Part shown: positions 26,985 to 38,062 of the stretch, piece after piece
Position numbering within the stretch: position 1 is the first letter of the stretch
How the letters are laid out: each line of letters starts with the position of its first letter
Source of the DNA: Candidatus Latescibacterota bacterium
Lineage (GTDB): Bacteria; Latescibacterota; UBA2968; GCA-2709665
Direction: 5' to 3'
Assembly: GCA_965219995.1 (NCBI GenBank)
Contig: CBDCOX010000002.1
Coordinates: 3,552,001-3,616,000 of the forward strand
DNA: 64,000 bases
Position numbers and translations under genes: made by a program
The notes under the pieces: model-generated
What the model was told of the DNA's origin: nothing
Database searches by the model: none
The model's input: the letters and a program-made list of their open reading frames with translations, nothing else

Positions 26985-29492
26985 ATGAAGGCACGTATGT
27001 TGTCGATACCCATATTCGCGGTCGTTGTCGTCATGTGTACAACGAAAGCCCCGTTGGATGCTTTCTCCAATGAACATGCCGGCGGAGTCGATTCCCTTTA
27101 TCAGGCGGGAATGCGCCTGGCGGACATGGACTCAATGGACGCTGCGGCGAGGCGATTTAATGATGCGATAGAGTTGGACGGGAAACATGCACCTTCATAC
27201 GTGGGGTTGGGTCACGTTCACCTGAAATTGGGAAACCTGAAGGAAGCGGAGAAGGCCTTTCGTACGGCACTGAGGAAGCGGAAGAACTTCGCACCGGCCC
27301 TGAACGGACTGGGTCTCGTGTTTCGCAATACTGAGAAAATGCTGGATTGGGCAATCAAGTATTTTCGAAGGGCCGTTCGGGCTGACCGAGGTTACGTGGA
27401 AGCGTACTACAACCTGGCCCAATCGTACCAGGAAATTGGCAATTCGAGGGAACTGGACACGTACAAGAAACTGGTTAAGGTGGACCCGGATCATCACGAT
27501 GTCTGGTTCCAGATTGGTCGGATCTACAAAGATGGAAGAGCGGGTCGATTTCGAAATGCGCGAAAGGCAGAGGAAGCGTTCCGCCGGCAACTCCAGGTGA
27601 ATCGAGCACATTTTGGGGCTCGGACCTATCTTGCACAGTGGTTGAAGGAAGAAGGACGCACGGATGAAGCGTTGGGGATGTTCAAGGCAGTCGTGGATAC
27701 GCCGAATGCCTATCAACGGCGCGCGTTCCTGGATCTGGCGGAGATGTATCAGCATGCGCGGGACCACGATCCGTTTGATGCGATACTGGATGCTTTCCTG
27801 GAGGGTCTGCCACCCAGCGAGCAGGCATTATACTATGATCTAAGCCTGGTGGTTAACAGCGATGAACTGCCCCGCTTCCAGGCGACGCCAGATGAAGAGC
27901 GCAAGGCGCAATCCGAAATTTTCTGGGCGCCTCGGGATCCTGCGCCGGTGACGGCGGCCAACGAACGGTGGATAGAGCACTGCCGCCGGGTGGCGTATGC
28001 ACGGGAGCATTTCAGCGAGTACGAATTCCCCTGGGACGTACGTGGGGAGGTGTATGTACGTTATGGAAGGCCCGATCACATCAGTGCGTCGGAGAACATC
28101 CGATTTGAGACGGACCCAAGGGTTCTTGCAGTTAAGGACCGGCTGATGAACCAGGCTGGCGAAGCCTTGCCTCACCTCCTTCTGAACCGGCGCATGGTCA
28201 GCTTCTACAGGTCGATGAGTGGATCAGTAGAGAAGGGTATGGACGACAAGGAGACGCTATCTACGATTCTTGGCTACCCGGTATACCCCGTTCGAGGCGT
28301 CTGGGAATACTGGATTTACTCGAACGTCGACGGTGGCGTGGAAGTGACTTTTGTACAGGAACACGGGCCAGGCCCAGGCGCCTACAAGTACGCAGAGGTG
28401 CCGCATGCGGGCGCCGCTATCTGGGTGGACGAGATCACAGGGCGAAACCCCGGCACCACCTTGTTGACTGACGGGCTAATGGATGAAATCCCTGATGCTT
28501 GGATCGATACTTCGATGGCGACTGACGAGCCAACGGATGAAATCCTTCATCCTTCGATCGATACTTCGATCAAGTCAAATTTGATATGGCAGCGAATGAA
28601 CCCCGGTCTGGTGATGCGTCGCGCGGCGCGCAAGACGCCGGCGATTTACGAACAGGACTTTGCCACTGCCCCCCTCGATTTCTTCTATGACGCGGCTCGA
28701 TTCAAGGCAGATGACCGTTCGGTAAAACTGGAGGTGTACTATGGTATTCCCACGCGTGAACTTGACTACAAAGAAGGACCCGACGGAAGGCTGACGGCAT
28801 ACTTGAAGCGGGGCCTGGCGCTGCACGACGAGGATAACATGCCGGTGTATCGGTCGAGCGAGGATATGGAGCTGTACACGTCGGGACCGATTGATACCAC
28901 CCAGATCGCATTTGTGCCGGAGATGGACCGGCTTTCTGTCGCGCCTGGCACTTATCGGCTATCCGTGCAGATTCTGGACTCGTCTTCGGATAAGTCTCAG
29001 GTCTACAACCGCGAAGTGGTGCTACATCCATATGCCGATGACTCGCTGAGGGTGAGTGATATTGAGATGGCCTCATTGATTCGTCCAAGCCGTGGCAGCA
29101 AATTCACAAAAGGCGAGATCGAGGTGGTGCCTAATCCGAGTCTGTTCTATTTCGTGGGACAGCCGGTGTTTGTCTATTACGAAGTCTACAACCTGACGAA
29201 GGACGAGTTCGGCAGGACAAGGTACCGGGTATTGTACGAACTGCATTCGCTCAATAAAGGTAACGTAGCGGTGAAGATCCTGAAGGCGCTTGGCAGGTTG
29301 GTCGGCATCGACAGAAAGGCTGAGGTCGTGAACGTGGAGTACGCGCACGAGGGAGACAGAGCCGATGAGTACGGATACCTGGAACTGGATATGTCGAAAA
29401 CCGATCCGGGGCACCAGTTGTTGATCGTCAAGGTTTCGGACGAGTTTGCGGGCAGCCACGCAACCTCGGAAATATCGTTTGCCATTCGATAA
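26985..29492 (+). CDS. Secreted TPR + GWxTD-family protein (short type D)
   Basis: Signal peptide; TPRs; FWAPRDP...EHCRRVAYA...PWDVRGEVYVRYGRPD; VFVYYEVYNL. Confidence 0.85.
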   Translation: MKARMLSIPIFAVVVVMCTTKAPLDAFSNEHAGGVDSLYQAGMRLADMDSMDAAARRFNDAIELDGKHAPSYVGLGHVHLKLGNLKEAEKAFRTALRKRKNFAPALNGLGLVFRNTEKMLDWAIKYFRRAVRADRGYVEAYYNLAQSYQEIGNSRELDTYKKLVKVDPDHHDVWFQIGRIYKDGRAGRFRNARKAEEAFRRQLQVNRAHFGARTYLAQWLKEEGRTDEALGMFKAVVDTPNAYQRRAFLDLAEMYQHARDHDPFDAILDAFLEGLPPSEQALYYDLSLVVNSDELPRFQATPDEERKAQSEIFWAPRDPAPVTAANERWIEHCRRVAYAREHFSEYEFPWDVRGEVYVRYGRPDHISASENIRFETDPRVLAVKDRLMNQAGEALPHLLLNRRMVSFYRSMSGSVEKGMDDKETLSTILGYPVYPVRGVWEYWIYSNVDGGVEVTFVQEHGPGPGAYKYAEVPHAGAAIWVDEITGRNPGTTLLTDGLMDEIPDAWIDTSMATDEPTDEILHPSIDTSIKSNLIWQRMNPGLVMRRAARKTPAIYEQDFATAPLDFFYDAARFKADDRSVKLEVYYGIPTRELDYKEGPDGRLTAYLKRGLALHDEDNMPVYRSSEDMELYTSGPIDTTQIAFVPEMDRLSVAPGTYRLSVQILDSSSDKSQVYNREVVLHPYADDSLRVSDIEMASLIRPSRGSKFTKGEIEVVPNPSLFYFVGQPVFVYYEVYNLTKDEFGRTRYRVLYELHSLNKGNVAVKILKALGRLVGIDRKAEVVNVEYAHEGDRADEYGYLELDMSKTDPGHQLLIVKVSDEFAGSHATSEISFAIR
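28466..28573 (+). repeat. In-frame 54-bp tandem duplication inside the GWxTD type D gene
   Basis: TDGLMDEIPDAWIDTSMA / TDEPTDEILHPSIDTSIK; 44 of 54 nt identical. Confidence 0.85.
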
Positions 29493-29637
29493 GCATATTT
29501 GCCAGGTATGGTTCAACATCTGATCGAATGATATTCCTGTTGGTAGATTGTGGTATAGTGCGTTAGAGTCTTACAGTAAGACTCTAACGCAAAATGCGTT
29601 CATAATTATTCATGTTGCCAGCTAACAAAAAGGCGTT

Positions 29638-29830
29638 GTGATCCCCCCACCGCATCAGCCTTCGCCGGCCCTTCGACGAGCTCAGGGATCGGCTCGGCTT
29701 CTGCGACTCCCCCTCAAGGGGGGAGTGATTAGACCGCTTATCGGGCGCACACGTTCGATTCCACATATCAGGTTGCGTCTGAGCACAGCGACGCCGCGCC
29801 AGGTATCCTCATCGCGAGATTTAACCTATA
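29638..29830. repeat. MITE-like intergenic repeat (homolog of 12957-13193)
   Basis: Same terminal and core sequences as the 12957 copy. Confidence 0.7.
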
Positions 29831-29839
29831 GGTCTTGAA

Positions 29840-32272
29840 ATGTCGATTCCACGAAGTCACGAATTGCAGAGACGGCACAAGAGATTGACTTCAATGGCCT
29901 TCGGGTTCCTGTGCCTCGGGATCTGTCTCGCGTCGGCGAATGCGGCCGGTGTGAATCAGGTTGCCGACAGGCTCTTCGAGAAAGCTCTGGAGCAGGTCGG
30001 TCGCGTCACCGTCGAGGAGAGCCTGAAGGCATTTCGTGAGGTATTGAAGGCGGACCGGGACCACGCGCCGGCACATTACGAAATCGCGAAGCTGTATATG
30101 TCGCTTGACTCGCCCCTGGATCGCGAAAGCGCAATGAAGGCGGTCAAACAGGCCATTCTCCTGGATCATGACAATGTGAGCTATCGACTGATCAAGGCGT
30201 ATATCCTGTGGGCACAGGGATCCTGGTACAACGCGGTAAACGAGTATAAGAAAGTGCTGAAGGTCGATCCGAAAAACGCAACGGCGGCCTACATGATCGG
30301 ACACCATGGAATCAAGAACTTCATGAAATATTCCGATATGGAAATGACGAGCAGGGTATCGCCAATCGACTGGAGAGAAGGCGGCACCCGTGCCAGGCAC
30401 TCGTTGGGCGGATTCGGCATTGAGGACCTGGATGAAGCCGTCTCGTATCTGAAGACGTGTATCGAGGCGGATCCTCAGTTCAAGGATGCGTACTTTCAGT
30501 TGGGGCTCGCCTGCTATGAAGCAAATCGGCCTGATGAATTGATACAGGTGGCAAACCTGCTGATAGAGCGCTTGCCTGAGGACAAGGATGCGCTGCTCTT
30601 CTGCGGACTCGGATACCAGGCTCTAGGCGACGAGACATCGGCGCATGAATTCTACATGCGAGCGCTTCAGAGAATGGCGCCGGCTGAGCGTGCGGTGATG
30701 GAATCGGTAGAGGGCATTGTGCCGGACGCGGTGCGTGCGAACCTGGACGACCTTCATCGTGAACGTGAGACGGTCGGAAGCACGCATCAACCCTGGGTCG
30801 ACGGTGTGGAACGAGCTCGATTCTGGCGGCGGCAGGACCCCCTGTTTCTGACGGAATTCAACGAACGCCGCATGGAGCATTACGGCCGGGTCGCCTATGC
30901 TAATCTGCGCTTTAGCCAACCCTCGAAGGACATTGAGGGCTGGCGGACGGATATGGGCCGAGCCTATATACGACTGGGACGATATCTGGACCGAAGGATG
31001 CAACGACCGGAGGTTGGTTCTGGTCCGATAGACTACACCTACACCTTCGGCCAAATACCGCCGATGCGCTGGCATTTGTCCATGCAGAAAGAGACGTGGT
31101 TCTATGAGGGATTCCGGGTTGATTTTCAGATATCGGACGGATTCCACGGCTTTTCTCCATCTCGTTTGCCGGACCGGACGCGGTACGTCGATCCCTACGG
31201 CCGTATGAAATACCGCGTGCCTCACCAGGTCGCGAGTTTCAGGGACGGAGACAGCCTCCGCGTGGAACTGGCGTATGCGCTGCCCAGATACAATGTGACC
31301 TTATTGGATTCAGACAGGAATGTCGCGCTCGAAAACGGGGTATTTCTGTTTGACGAACGCTGGGACGAGGTCTATCGGAAGCGGTCGGACCTTAAACTGA
31401 AGTGGCCCCGGTTGGAGCCCAGCCGATATCCCGCCGCGGACAGCCTGCGGAATAATCATCTGGTTTTCCAGGTGCCGTTCAGGCTGATGCCGGGCACGTA
31501 CCACCTGGTTGGCGAATTGAGGGACGCCGGGCGAGGATCCATCGGCACGTTCCGGCGGCGCCGGGAGTTTGAAGCGGTAAAATCTTCGCTGGCAATGAGC
31601 GACTTGTTGCTGGCCGCACAGATTGACTCGAGAACGCCTTTTCCGGAGGGACGGTCGGACCTGGACATCGTGGCAAATCCGCTGCGGACCTATCATCGCT
31701 CCGAGCCTGCGTTCATCTATCTGGAAGCGTATAACCTGGACCGGGACGAATTCGGTCGAACGGAGTACGAGATCTCATACACGATCGGAAACACGGAGCA
31801 GAGAAAGATCGACCCGTACCTGTTTGTCGCGCAACGGTTGCCCCAGGGCGGCAGGCAGCTGGAAGTGTCTCGTGTCTCCAGGACTCGTGAGTCGGGCATG
31901 GACCGTCCACCGCGAGTTTCGGAGGAGGAAGAAGAAGAACAGCGGCGCGAGGGTCTGCCGGTAGTGCAGCAAGAGGTCGTTCCGGACTATTTCGATGCGA
32001 AGAGGAAAGAGGAGTTGACGTACAGGGCAAGGTTTGTATTTCCCGAAGAGGATAAACTTGCCAGCCGGATCAAGAGGATGGGCCGGAGCAAAGAGGGCGT
32101 GGAGACGACGATCACGGCGCGGTACGAGGGAGACCGGGAGGACGATTTCACGTATCTGCAGATTGACCTGAGCCACGTGCCTGCCGGCGTGCACCGCCTG
32201 TCGGTGCGGATTAGAGATGTGCATAGCGATGAGGTGGTCTCGCGCGATACATTGTTCCGCGTGATTGAGTGA
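29840..32272 (+). CDS. Secreted TPR + GWxTD domain protein (short type A')
   Basis: FWRRQDPLFLTEFNERRMEHYGRVAYANLRF...GWRTDMGRAYIRLG. Closest paralog is 9445-11814 (shared ETT(V/I)TARYEGDR.DDFT.LQI). Confidence 0.85.
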   Translation: MSIPRSHELQRRHKRLTSMAFGFLCLGICLASANAAGVNQVADRLFEKALEQVGRVTVEESLKAFREVLKADRDHAPAHYEIAKLYMSLDSPLDRESAMKAVKQAILLDHDNVSYRLIKAYILWAQGSWYNAVNEYKKVLKVDPKNATAAYMIGHHGIKNFMKYSDMEMTSRVSPIDWREGGTRARHSLGGFGIEDLDEAVSYLKTCIEADPQFKDAYFQLGLACYEANRPDELIQVANLLIERLPEDKDALLFCGLGYQALGDETSAHEFYMRALQRMAPAERAVMESVEGIVPDAVRANLDDLHRERETVGSTHQPWVDGVERARFWRRQDPLFLTEFNERRMEHYGRVAYANLRFSQPSKDIEGWRTDMGRAYIRLGRYLDRRMQRPEVGSGPIDYTYTFGQIPPMRWHLSMQKETWFYEGFRVDFQISDGFHGFSPSRLPDRTRYVDPYGRMKYRVPHQVASFRDGDSLRVELAYALPRYNVTLLDSDRNVALENGVFLFDERWDEVYRKRSDLKLKWPRLEPSRYPAADSLRNNHLVFQVPFRLMPGTYHLVGELRDAGRGSIGTFRRRREFEAVKSSLAMSDLLLAAQIDSRTPFPEGRSDLDIVANPLRTYHRSEPAFIYLEAYNLDRDEFGRTEYEISYTIGNTEQRKIDPYLFVAQRLPQGGRQLEVSRVSRTRESGMDRPPRVSEEEEEEQRREGLPVVQQEVVPDYFDAKRKEELTYRARFVFPEEDKLASRIKRMGRSKEGVETTITARYEGDREDDFTYLQIDLSHVPAGVHRLSVRIRDVHSDEVVSRDTLFRVIE

Positions 32273-32285
32273 GAAGGGGAATGCG

Positions 32286-33374
32286 ATGTCCAGGAGATTT
32301 CCGATTGCGCTGGCAGTTTTCCTTTGTCTCCACGCCTGTGGATCAGATTCGCCGACGTCCTCCGAACCTCAAGGCGACTCCGGAGGTTTTGAATTCATCG
32401 GAAGAATGACAATATCGCGGTTCTGGCACGTTGCGGTGCAATTGAAGAACGGCCGGGTTCTCATCGCCGGTGGTACCGATACGGATCGACCTGCTCATTC
32501 ACAGGCGGATATGTATCACGACAGCGCGGAACTGTTCGATCTTGAAAGAGGCGCCTCGTCGACAACGGGAAAGATGTCGCAGGCCCGCACGCAGGACACG
32601 GCAATCCTGTTGAATGACGGTCGGGTCCTAATCAAGGGCACTATTCGGAATGCCGCGGAGGTCTACGACCCGCAAGCCGGAACATTCTCGACCCTCGCTG
32701 ACGTCCCCGGATTGCAAAGGGGTTTGGCGACCACGGTACTTGCGACCGGGGCCATCTTTGCCATCGATGAACAGGGCAACGCGGGAATATTCGATCCGGC
32801 CACATGGGAATTCACCTCCGCGGGCAGGATGATAACTCCCCGATCGGCCCATACGTCCACTCTTCTCGCAGAAGGCCGCGTTCTAATCGCAGGAGGCACG
32901 AATGCGGGCGGCATGGTAAAACGGTCTGAAATCTATGACCCTGCGTCCAGATCGTTTTCCGAAGCCGGCGCATTGAACGACGAACGGTGGCTGCACGAGG
33001 CCATGCTGCTGCAGGACGGCAGGGTGCTGATTATTGGCGGGCGCAGGGGCGATATCACCTCCGAGGACGTGCAGGCTGTCACGACAGCCGAATTCTTCGA
33101 CCCCGAAACAGGCACGTTCGCGCCGGCTGGCGATACGGGATTGCCATCCATCGATGCCGCGTTTCTCTTGCCCACGGGCAAGGTGTTCGTTCTGTCCGGC
33201 AGAGACGTGGCGATTTACGACCCGGCCACAGGGGCTACCACCCGTACGGGACATCGTATCGGTGAGAATCGGATCCTGTATACCGTTACGCCGCTCAGCG
33301 ACGGCCGGGTCATGGTTTCAGGCGGCCTGAAGGATATGGTTTCGACGGATGAAGTGCTGGTCTACAAGCCATAG
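32286..33374 (+). CDS. Kelch-like beta-propeller lipoprotein 2
   Basis: Lipobox LHAC; Kelch-type repeats. Confidence 0.87.
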   Translation: MSRRFPIALAVFLCLHACGSDSPTSSEPQGDSGGFEFIGRMTISRFWHVAVQLKNGRVLIAGGTDTDRPAHSQADMYHDSAELFDLERGASSTTGKMSQARTQDTAILLNDGRVLIKGTIRNAAEVYDPQAGTFSTLADVPGLQRGLATTVLATGAIFAIDEQGNAGIFDPATWEFTSAGRMITPRSAHTSTLLAEGRVLIAGGTNAGGMVKRSEIYDPASRSFSEAGALNDERWLHEAMLLQDGRVLIIGGRRGDITSEDVQAVTTAEFFDPETGTFAPAGDTGLPSIDAAFLLPTGKVFVLSGRDVAIYDPATGATTRTGHRIGENRILYTVTPLSDGRVMVSGGLKDMVSTDEVLVYKP

Positions 33375-33383
33375 CGTGAGGCC

Positions 33384-34462
33384 GGGCGCCCACAAGGGGC
33401 GCCCCTACAAGGGACAGGGGGAGTCACGGTAAGGTTGAGACGATGAGGAAGCCGTTGCGAGGGTGGGGCAGACATTCCTGTCTGCCGACGTGCGCCCACA
33501 CGGTCATGCCGAGGTGGCGTGTGTGTCGGCGGGATTCCAAGATACGGGCATTTCGACAAGCTCAATGACCACGTTTAAATCGGAGCATATTGACGTCACT
33601 CAGAATCAGAGGTCAGGCGATCATTCCAAAGCGGAAGGCGGGGCGCCCACAAGGGTGCCCCTACAATGGCCCGGGGAGTCACGGTAAGGTGGAGACGATG
33701 AGGAAGCCGTTGTGAGGGTGGGGCAGACATTCCTGTCTGCCGACGTGAGCTAAGCCTGTCATCCTGAGGAAGGCGCTAAACCGGCGATGTGTCCGCGCCA
33801 ATGTGTTTGTCGCATTGTTGTTGTGTTACGGACAATCGGGAAGACGGGAGATTCTTCGACTACGCTCAGAATGACATGTCTTGTAATGGACATTGGCGAG
33901 ATGTCTCGGTCATGCCTTCACCCAATCTGTCATCCTGAGGAGGCCGCCCTGCCTGCCAGCGGCTCATTGGCAGGCAAGCCGACGAAGGATCTACTGCGGC
34001 ATGGGACCATCCTCGCGCGAAATGCCGGTGTCGATACCTGGAGGGCGGCACGTCCGCACCCACACGGTCAGGCCGAAGCGGCGTGTGTGTCGGCGGGATT
34101 CCGATCAACGGGCATTTCGACATTTCGACAAGCTCAATGCAGGCATGCTCAATGACCACGTTTCGATAGGGGCTCTACGTTGCGCTCAGAATGGCATGTC
34201 TTGTGATGGATATTGGCGAGATGTCTCGGACATACCTGCGCCAAAATGCCATCCTGAGGAAGCCCAATCGGCGGCGATGTGTCCGCGCCAATGTGTTTAT
34301 CGTATTGTTGTTGTGTTACGGACAATCCGGAAGACGGGAGATTCTTCGCTGCGCTCAGAATGACATGCTGGCCAATAACGAATCGGGAAATGCGTCCGAT
34401 GCACGAGCGCATGACATGCCATCCAGAGGAGGCCGGGCGCCCACAAGGGACGCCCCTACAAT
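33384..34462. repeat. Mosaic array of REP-like and MITE-like modules (BIME-like)
   Basis: GTAG-REP gggcgcccacaaggg.cgcccctac x3 (33384, 33641, 34435); gtggggcagacattcctgtctgcc x2 (33463, 33718); gagattcttcg...cgctcagaatgac x2; ttcgacaagctcaatg x2. Confidence 0.85.
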
Positions 34463-34599
34463 GGCCATTCGGTCGAATACCATTCGGGAAACGCTTGCTC
34501 CGCGGTGAAAAATCGAATAACATGCTGGATCGAAATGGAGTACGGCGAAGAAGCGGAACAGCGGCAACACGACTGTTCGATCCAGGTGAGGTTCAGGCC

Positions 34600-37500
34600 A
34601 TGAGACCGCGTAGCCAATTCATGCGTGCGAAACATCGGGCGTTGATCCTGTTTTCGACCGCGGCCGTTTTCGCATTCTTCCCCTCCCGGGGCCTCGATGC
34701 GGAAGTTCGTCAAACCGCGATATCGGTCTCCAGCGGGGGGCATACCGCGTGGGCGATCGGGCTGGAAACCGGTTCCTCCGCCATAACCGAAATATGGGTT
34801 GAAACCCGTGGAAGCCAGCCTCGCCACCTCGGCACCTTTCCCGGCCCGCCAGGGCGACTGGAGTGGGTTGCGCACGGGGAACGTCTTCGCTTTCAGGAGA
34901 CTGCCTTAAAGGTCCCCCTGCATACGCTTACCATGCTCCCGGACAGGACCATGCCGCTGGTCGCATCGGGTGTCTGGGAGATCTCCGTCCCGGACGGATC
35001 GATCGCGCGTTCGAAAACAGACTTCGAGGCGGAACCGGTAACGCCGCCGGTCGTGGCGACCCGAAACGCGCCGCGCCCGAGTCCGGCTGCCAAGGCCGTG
35101 CTGTGGGGCGTTGCGACGGCATTCAACGCCTCGGCCCTGGCCTACACCACCGTGCACCGCTGGGAATTCCGATCGGCGGTAAAGCGTTACCGGAAAGCCT
35201 CTCGGGCGTGGGCGGCCCTGCCTCTCAGATTTAAAAAGTACGGGCTCTACGAAGAGCCGGTCCTGTCCTACGCGGAGGCGCTGGCCGCAACCGCCAGGAA
35301 GGCCGGGGCAAGGCGCGGCGCCCGCTGGGTCTGCGAGGACCATCTGACCGTTATTGGCGACGCCCTCTCCGCATACGAGAAGGCCCACGAAAGCCAGCGG
35401 CCGTCCGACCTGGCGGCGCTCAGGAACTGGATAGAAACCCATAGGTTGACACCCGCGGACTCTATTGTCGTGAAAGCGCTGTTTCGTTCAGCCAATGACC
35501 CTGAAAAGGGCCGCCAGTACAGCTACACCCACGGATACCGCCCGGAAGCCGAGGACGGCGAAGCCGTTGTCACCAGTTTCTTCCACGACGGTTACCTGGT
35601 TGAAGCCGTCCGCAGCAGCGCGGGATATCGCACCCTCGACCGGCGCGTGGGCAAGGCGCAGATCGACTCCCTCCTCTACCTCGGCACTGAACTCACCCCG
35701 CATGAGCCGCTGCGGGCGATCTCCACCCTTGAAATCCTGGCCGGCGTGGCTCAGGATTACGCCCGCGGGCACAGCGGGCTCGGGTTCGCCTATCTGGAGG
35801 CGGAGAAGCTGGAGCGCGCCGTCAAATCCTTCGAACGCGCGATCGAATGCGACCACACGCTGGCCGAGGCCTACTTCGGATTGGGTCTCACCTTCCGCAA
35901 GTGGCCCAGGGGAAATTACGACGCCATCCGCTATTTCCAGAAAGCCCTCCAGTACGACCGGCACCACGTGGAAGCAAGGTTCAATATTGCCGATATCCGG
36001 TACAAACTGGACGAACACGACGTACGGCGGGAAGTCAAAAAAGTACTGGCAATTGACCCCCGCTACGCGCCCGCCTATCTGCTGATGGGGAAATGGGTGG
36101 AGGAATTCGAGAAAAACTACGAGAAAGCCGCGCTCTATTATGCGAAGTATATGGGCTTGCGGCCCGGCGACCCGGAGGGGCGCAAGCGGCTGGGATCGAT
36201 CTACCTGAGAACGAAGGACTACGGCCGCATCCTTGAAGTCCTGGAGGATTACGCCATAGAGAATCCGGACGACGACCAGGTCCTGCCCATCCTGGCCCAG
36301 GCCTGCATGAAACTGGGGGCCTATGACAGGGCCGCCGCCTTCTTCAGAGACTTTCTCGAAGGGGCCGATGCGGCCGAGAAGGGGCACTACCACGATATCC
36401 GGCTGGTTGCGCCCAAGGAGACGCTGGCGGCCTTCGAACAGACACCGCCGGAAGAACGATGGGACTTTGTGAAGAAGTTCTGGGCGGACCAGGACCCTGA
36501 CCTGACCACGGCCGCCAACGAGCGCCTCCTGGAGCATTACCGGCGGGTGTCGTTCGCCATGCAGAATTTCTCCGAAGGCAGGCAGCCCTGGGACCAGCGC
36601 GGCGAGGTCTACATCCGCTTCGGTGAACCCGATCACCGCTCCACCTCCAAAGAGTTGAACTTCCAGCAATCCATGGCGGTTCAGCGGGTCAAGGAACGTC
36701 TTTCCAGGACGCTCTACGGGGCTGCGCGTCCGCCGCGCCGTGGAATCGGCCTTCGCGGCGCCAGCTCAACGTTCGTCGGTCCGGTCTACCCCGTACGCAG
36801 CCAGGGCGGCAGGGGTCCGGGGGGGTCCTACAGACCGGTCACCGCGACGTACGACGGCTCGATGGTCCCGTGGGAAACGTGGACGTACGTCGACGTGGGC
36901 AGCGGCATCGAGATTACCTTCACCGACGAGTTCAGCAACGGAAACTACAACTATGCGCCTGAACCGCTGGATGCCGGGATTCCCGCCCGACGGCTGGCCA
37001 TGTTTACCCGCTACAGCCCCCGCAACATCTACCGCATGGCCGCCGCGGCGCAGCCGAACTACTTCGTGCGGCCGAAAAACACGCTACCGATGGAATTCTA
37101 TTTCAACTCGGCTGACTTCAGGAGTGAAAGGGATTTCCGGACCGCGCTGGAAGTCTACGTGGGGATACCGCGGCACCAGGGGCACTATATGATCGATGAC
37201 GACCGGACGGAAATTATGGTCGACCGGACCGTGGCGCTGCGGAATCCGGCAACCGGAGCGGTCTACCGGAGCGAGGACAAGGTACAATTCGCAGCCAAGG
37301 GGGACGTGACCGCGGAACGCAGCGCGTTCGTGCCGGACCTCGCGCGGTTGGACGTGCCCCCCGGTCATTACAGGATGGAAGTGAAGATAAAGGATAATCT
37401 GTCCGTTCAGCACGGGCGGTACCGTCAGGACATTGAAATCGAGTCCTATGAACGGCACAGCCTCCAGGTGAGCGACCTGGAACTGGCGTGGCGGATATCC

Positions 37501-37905
37501 AACCGCAAGGACGAGGATAAATTCAACAAAGGCACACTGTGGGTCATTCCAATGCCAACGCGGACCTACAGGGTAGGACAGAATGTATTCGTCTACTACG
37601 AAATCTATAACCTGACGAAGGACGATTTCGGGCAGACGAACTACCAGGTATCCTACACCGTCACGAAGAAGGGCGGATTCAGCCCCCTGGGTATCATCTC
37701 CAGCCTTATAAGGTGGAAGAAGGGCAAGCGTGAAGAGTTGGAAGTGACGTACGAGATGGTGGGCGAGGATAACATGGAAGTCGAATACGTGGAACTCGAG
37801 CTGGAAAACCGCCCAGCGGGCAAGTATTTCCTGAACGTGACCGTCATCGATATGAACAGCGGTGAGTTGTCCCGGAAGCAGGCCAGTTTCATTCTCGCGC
37901 AGTAG
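34600..37905 (+). CDS. Large secreted TPR / GWxTD-family protein (long type C')
   Basis: Signal-like segment after ATG 34600/34621; FWADQDP...EHYRRV...PWDQRGEVYIRFGEPD. Paralog of 23132-26506. The longer ORF-track start runs through repeats. Confidence 0.85.
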   Translation: MRPRSQFMRAKHRALILFSTAAVFAFFPSRGLDAEVRQTAISVSSGGHTAWAIGLETGSSAITEIWVETRGSQPRHLGTFPGPPGRLEWVAHGERLRFQETALKVPLHTLTMLPDRTMPLVASGVWEISVPDGSIARSKTDFEAEPVTPPVVATRNAPRPSPAAKAVLWGVATAFNASALAYTTVHRWEFRSAVKRYRKASRAWAALPLRFKKYGLYEEPVLSYAEALAATARKAGARRGARWVCEDHLTVIGDALSAYEKAHESQRPSDLAALRNWIETHRLTPADSIVVKALFRSANDPEKGRQYSYTHGYRPEAEDGEAVVTSFFHDGYLVEAVRSSAGYRTLDRRVGKAQIDSLLYLGTELTPHEPLRAISTLEILAGVAQDYARGHSGLGFAYLEAEKLERAVKSFERAIECDHTLAEAYFGLGLTFRKWPRGNYDAIRYFQKALQYDRHHVEARFNIADIRYKLDEHDVRREVKKVLAIDPRYAPAYLLMGKWVEEFEKNYEKAALYYAKYMGLRPGDPEGRKRLGSIYLRTKDYGRILEVLEDYAIENPDDDQVLPILAQACMKLGAYDRAAAFFRDFLEGADAAEKGHYHDIRLVAPKETLAAFEQTPPEERWDFVKKFWADQDPDLTTAANERLLEHYRRVSFAMQNFSEGRQPWDQRGEVYIRFGEPDHRSTSKELNFQQSMAVQRVKERLSRTLYGAARPPRRGIGLRGASSTFVGPVYPVRSQGGRGPGGSYRPVTATYDGSMVPWETWTYVDVGSGIEITFTDEFSNGNYNYAPEPLDAGIPARRLAMFTRYSPRNIYRMAAAAQPNYFVRPKNTLPMEFYFNSADFRSERDFRTALEVYVGIPRHQGHYMIDDDRTEIMVDRTVALRNPATGAVYRSEDKVQFAAKGDVTAERSAFVPDLARLDVPPGHYRMEVKIKDNLSVQHGRYRQDIEIESYERHSLQVSDLELAWRISNRKDEDKFNKGTLWVIPMPTRTYRVGQNVFVYYEIYNLTKDDFGQTNYQVSYTVTKKGGFSPLGIISSLIRWKKGKREELEVTYEMVGEDNMEVEYVELELENRPAGKYFLNVTVIDMNSGELSRKQASFILAQ

Positions 37906-38062
37906 GATCGGATCAGGATTAGTGACCAAAAACAGGATCAAGACCGATCAGAAAAAGGCCAGGAGCAGGGCAGATGCTCACGATTGCGGGTCATCGTGAT
38001 AAATCCGAATCCCTGTAGGCCGCGCAACATCACCCCGACCAATCAGATTCCGGGTTACTTCA

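Noticed and set aside
33384-34462. CRISPR array
   Set aside because: The repeats are of several types, irregularly spaced, with duplicated rather than unique spacers, and there are no cas genes.
34279-34599. N-terminal ORF extensions (also 21672, 41918, 49120, 51707)
   Set aside because: They run through repeats, intergenic DNA or upstream genes; RBS and signal peptides support the downstream starts.
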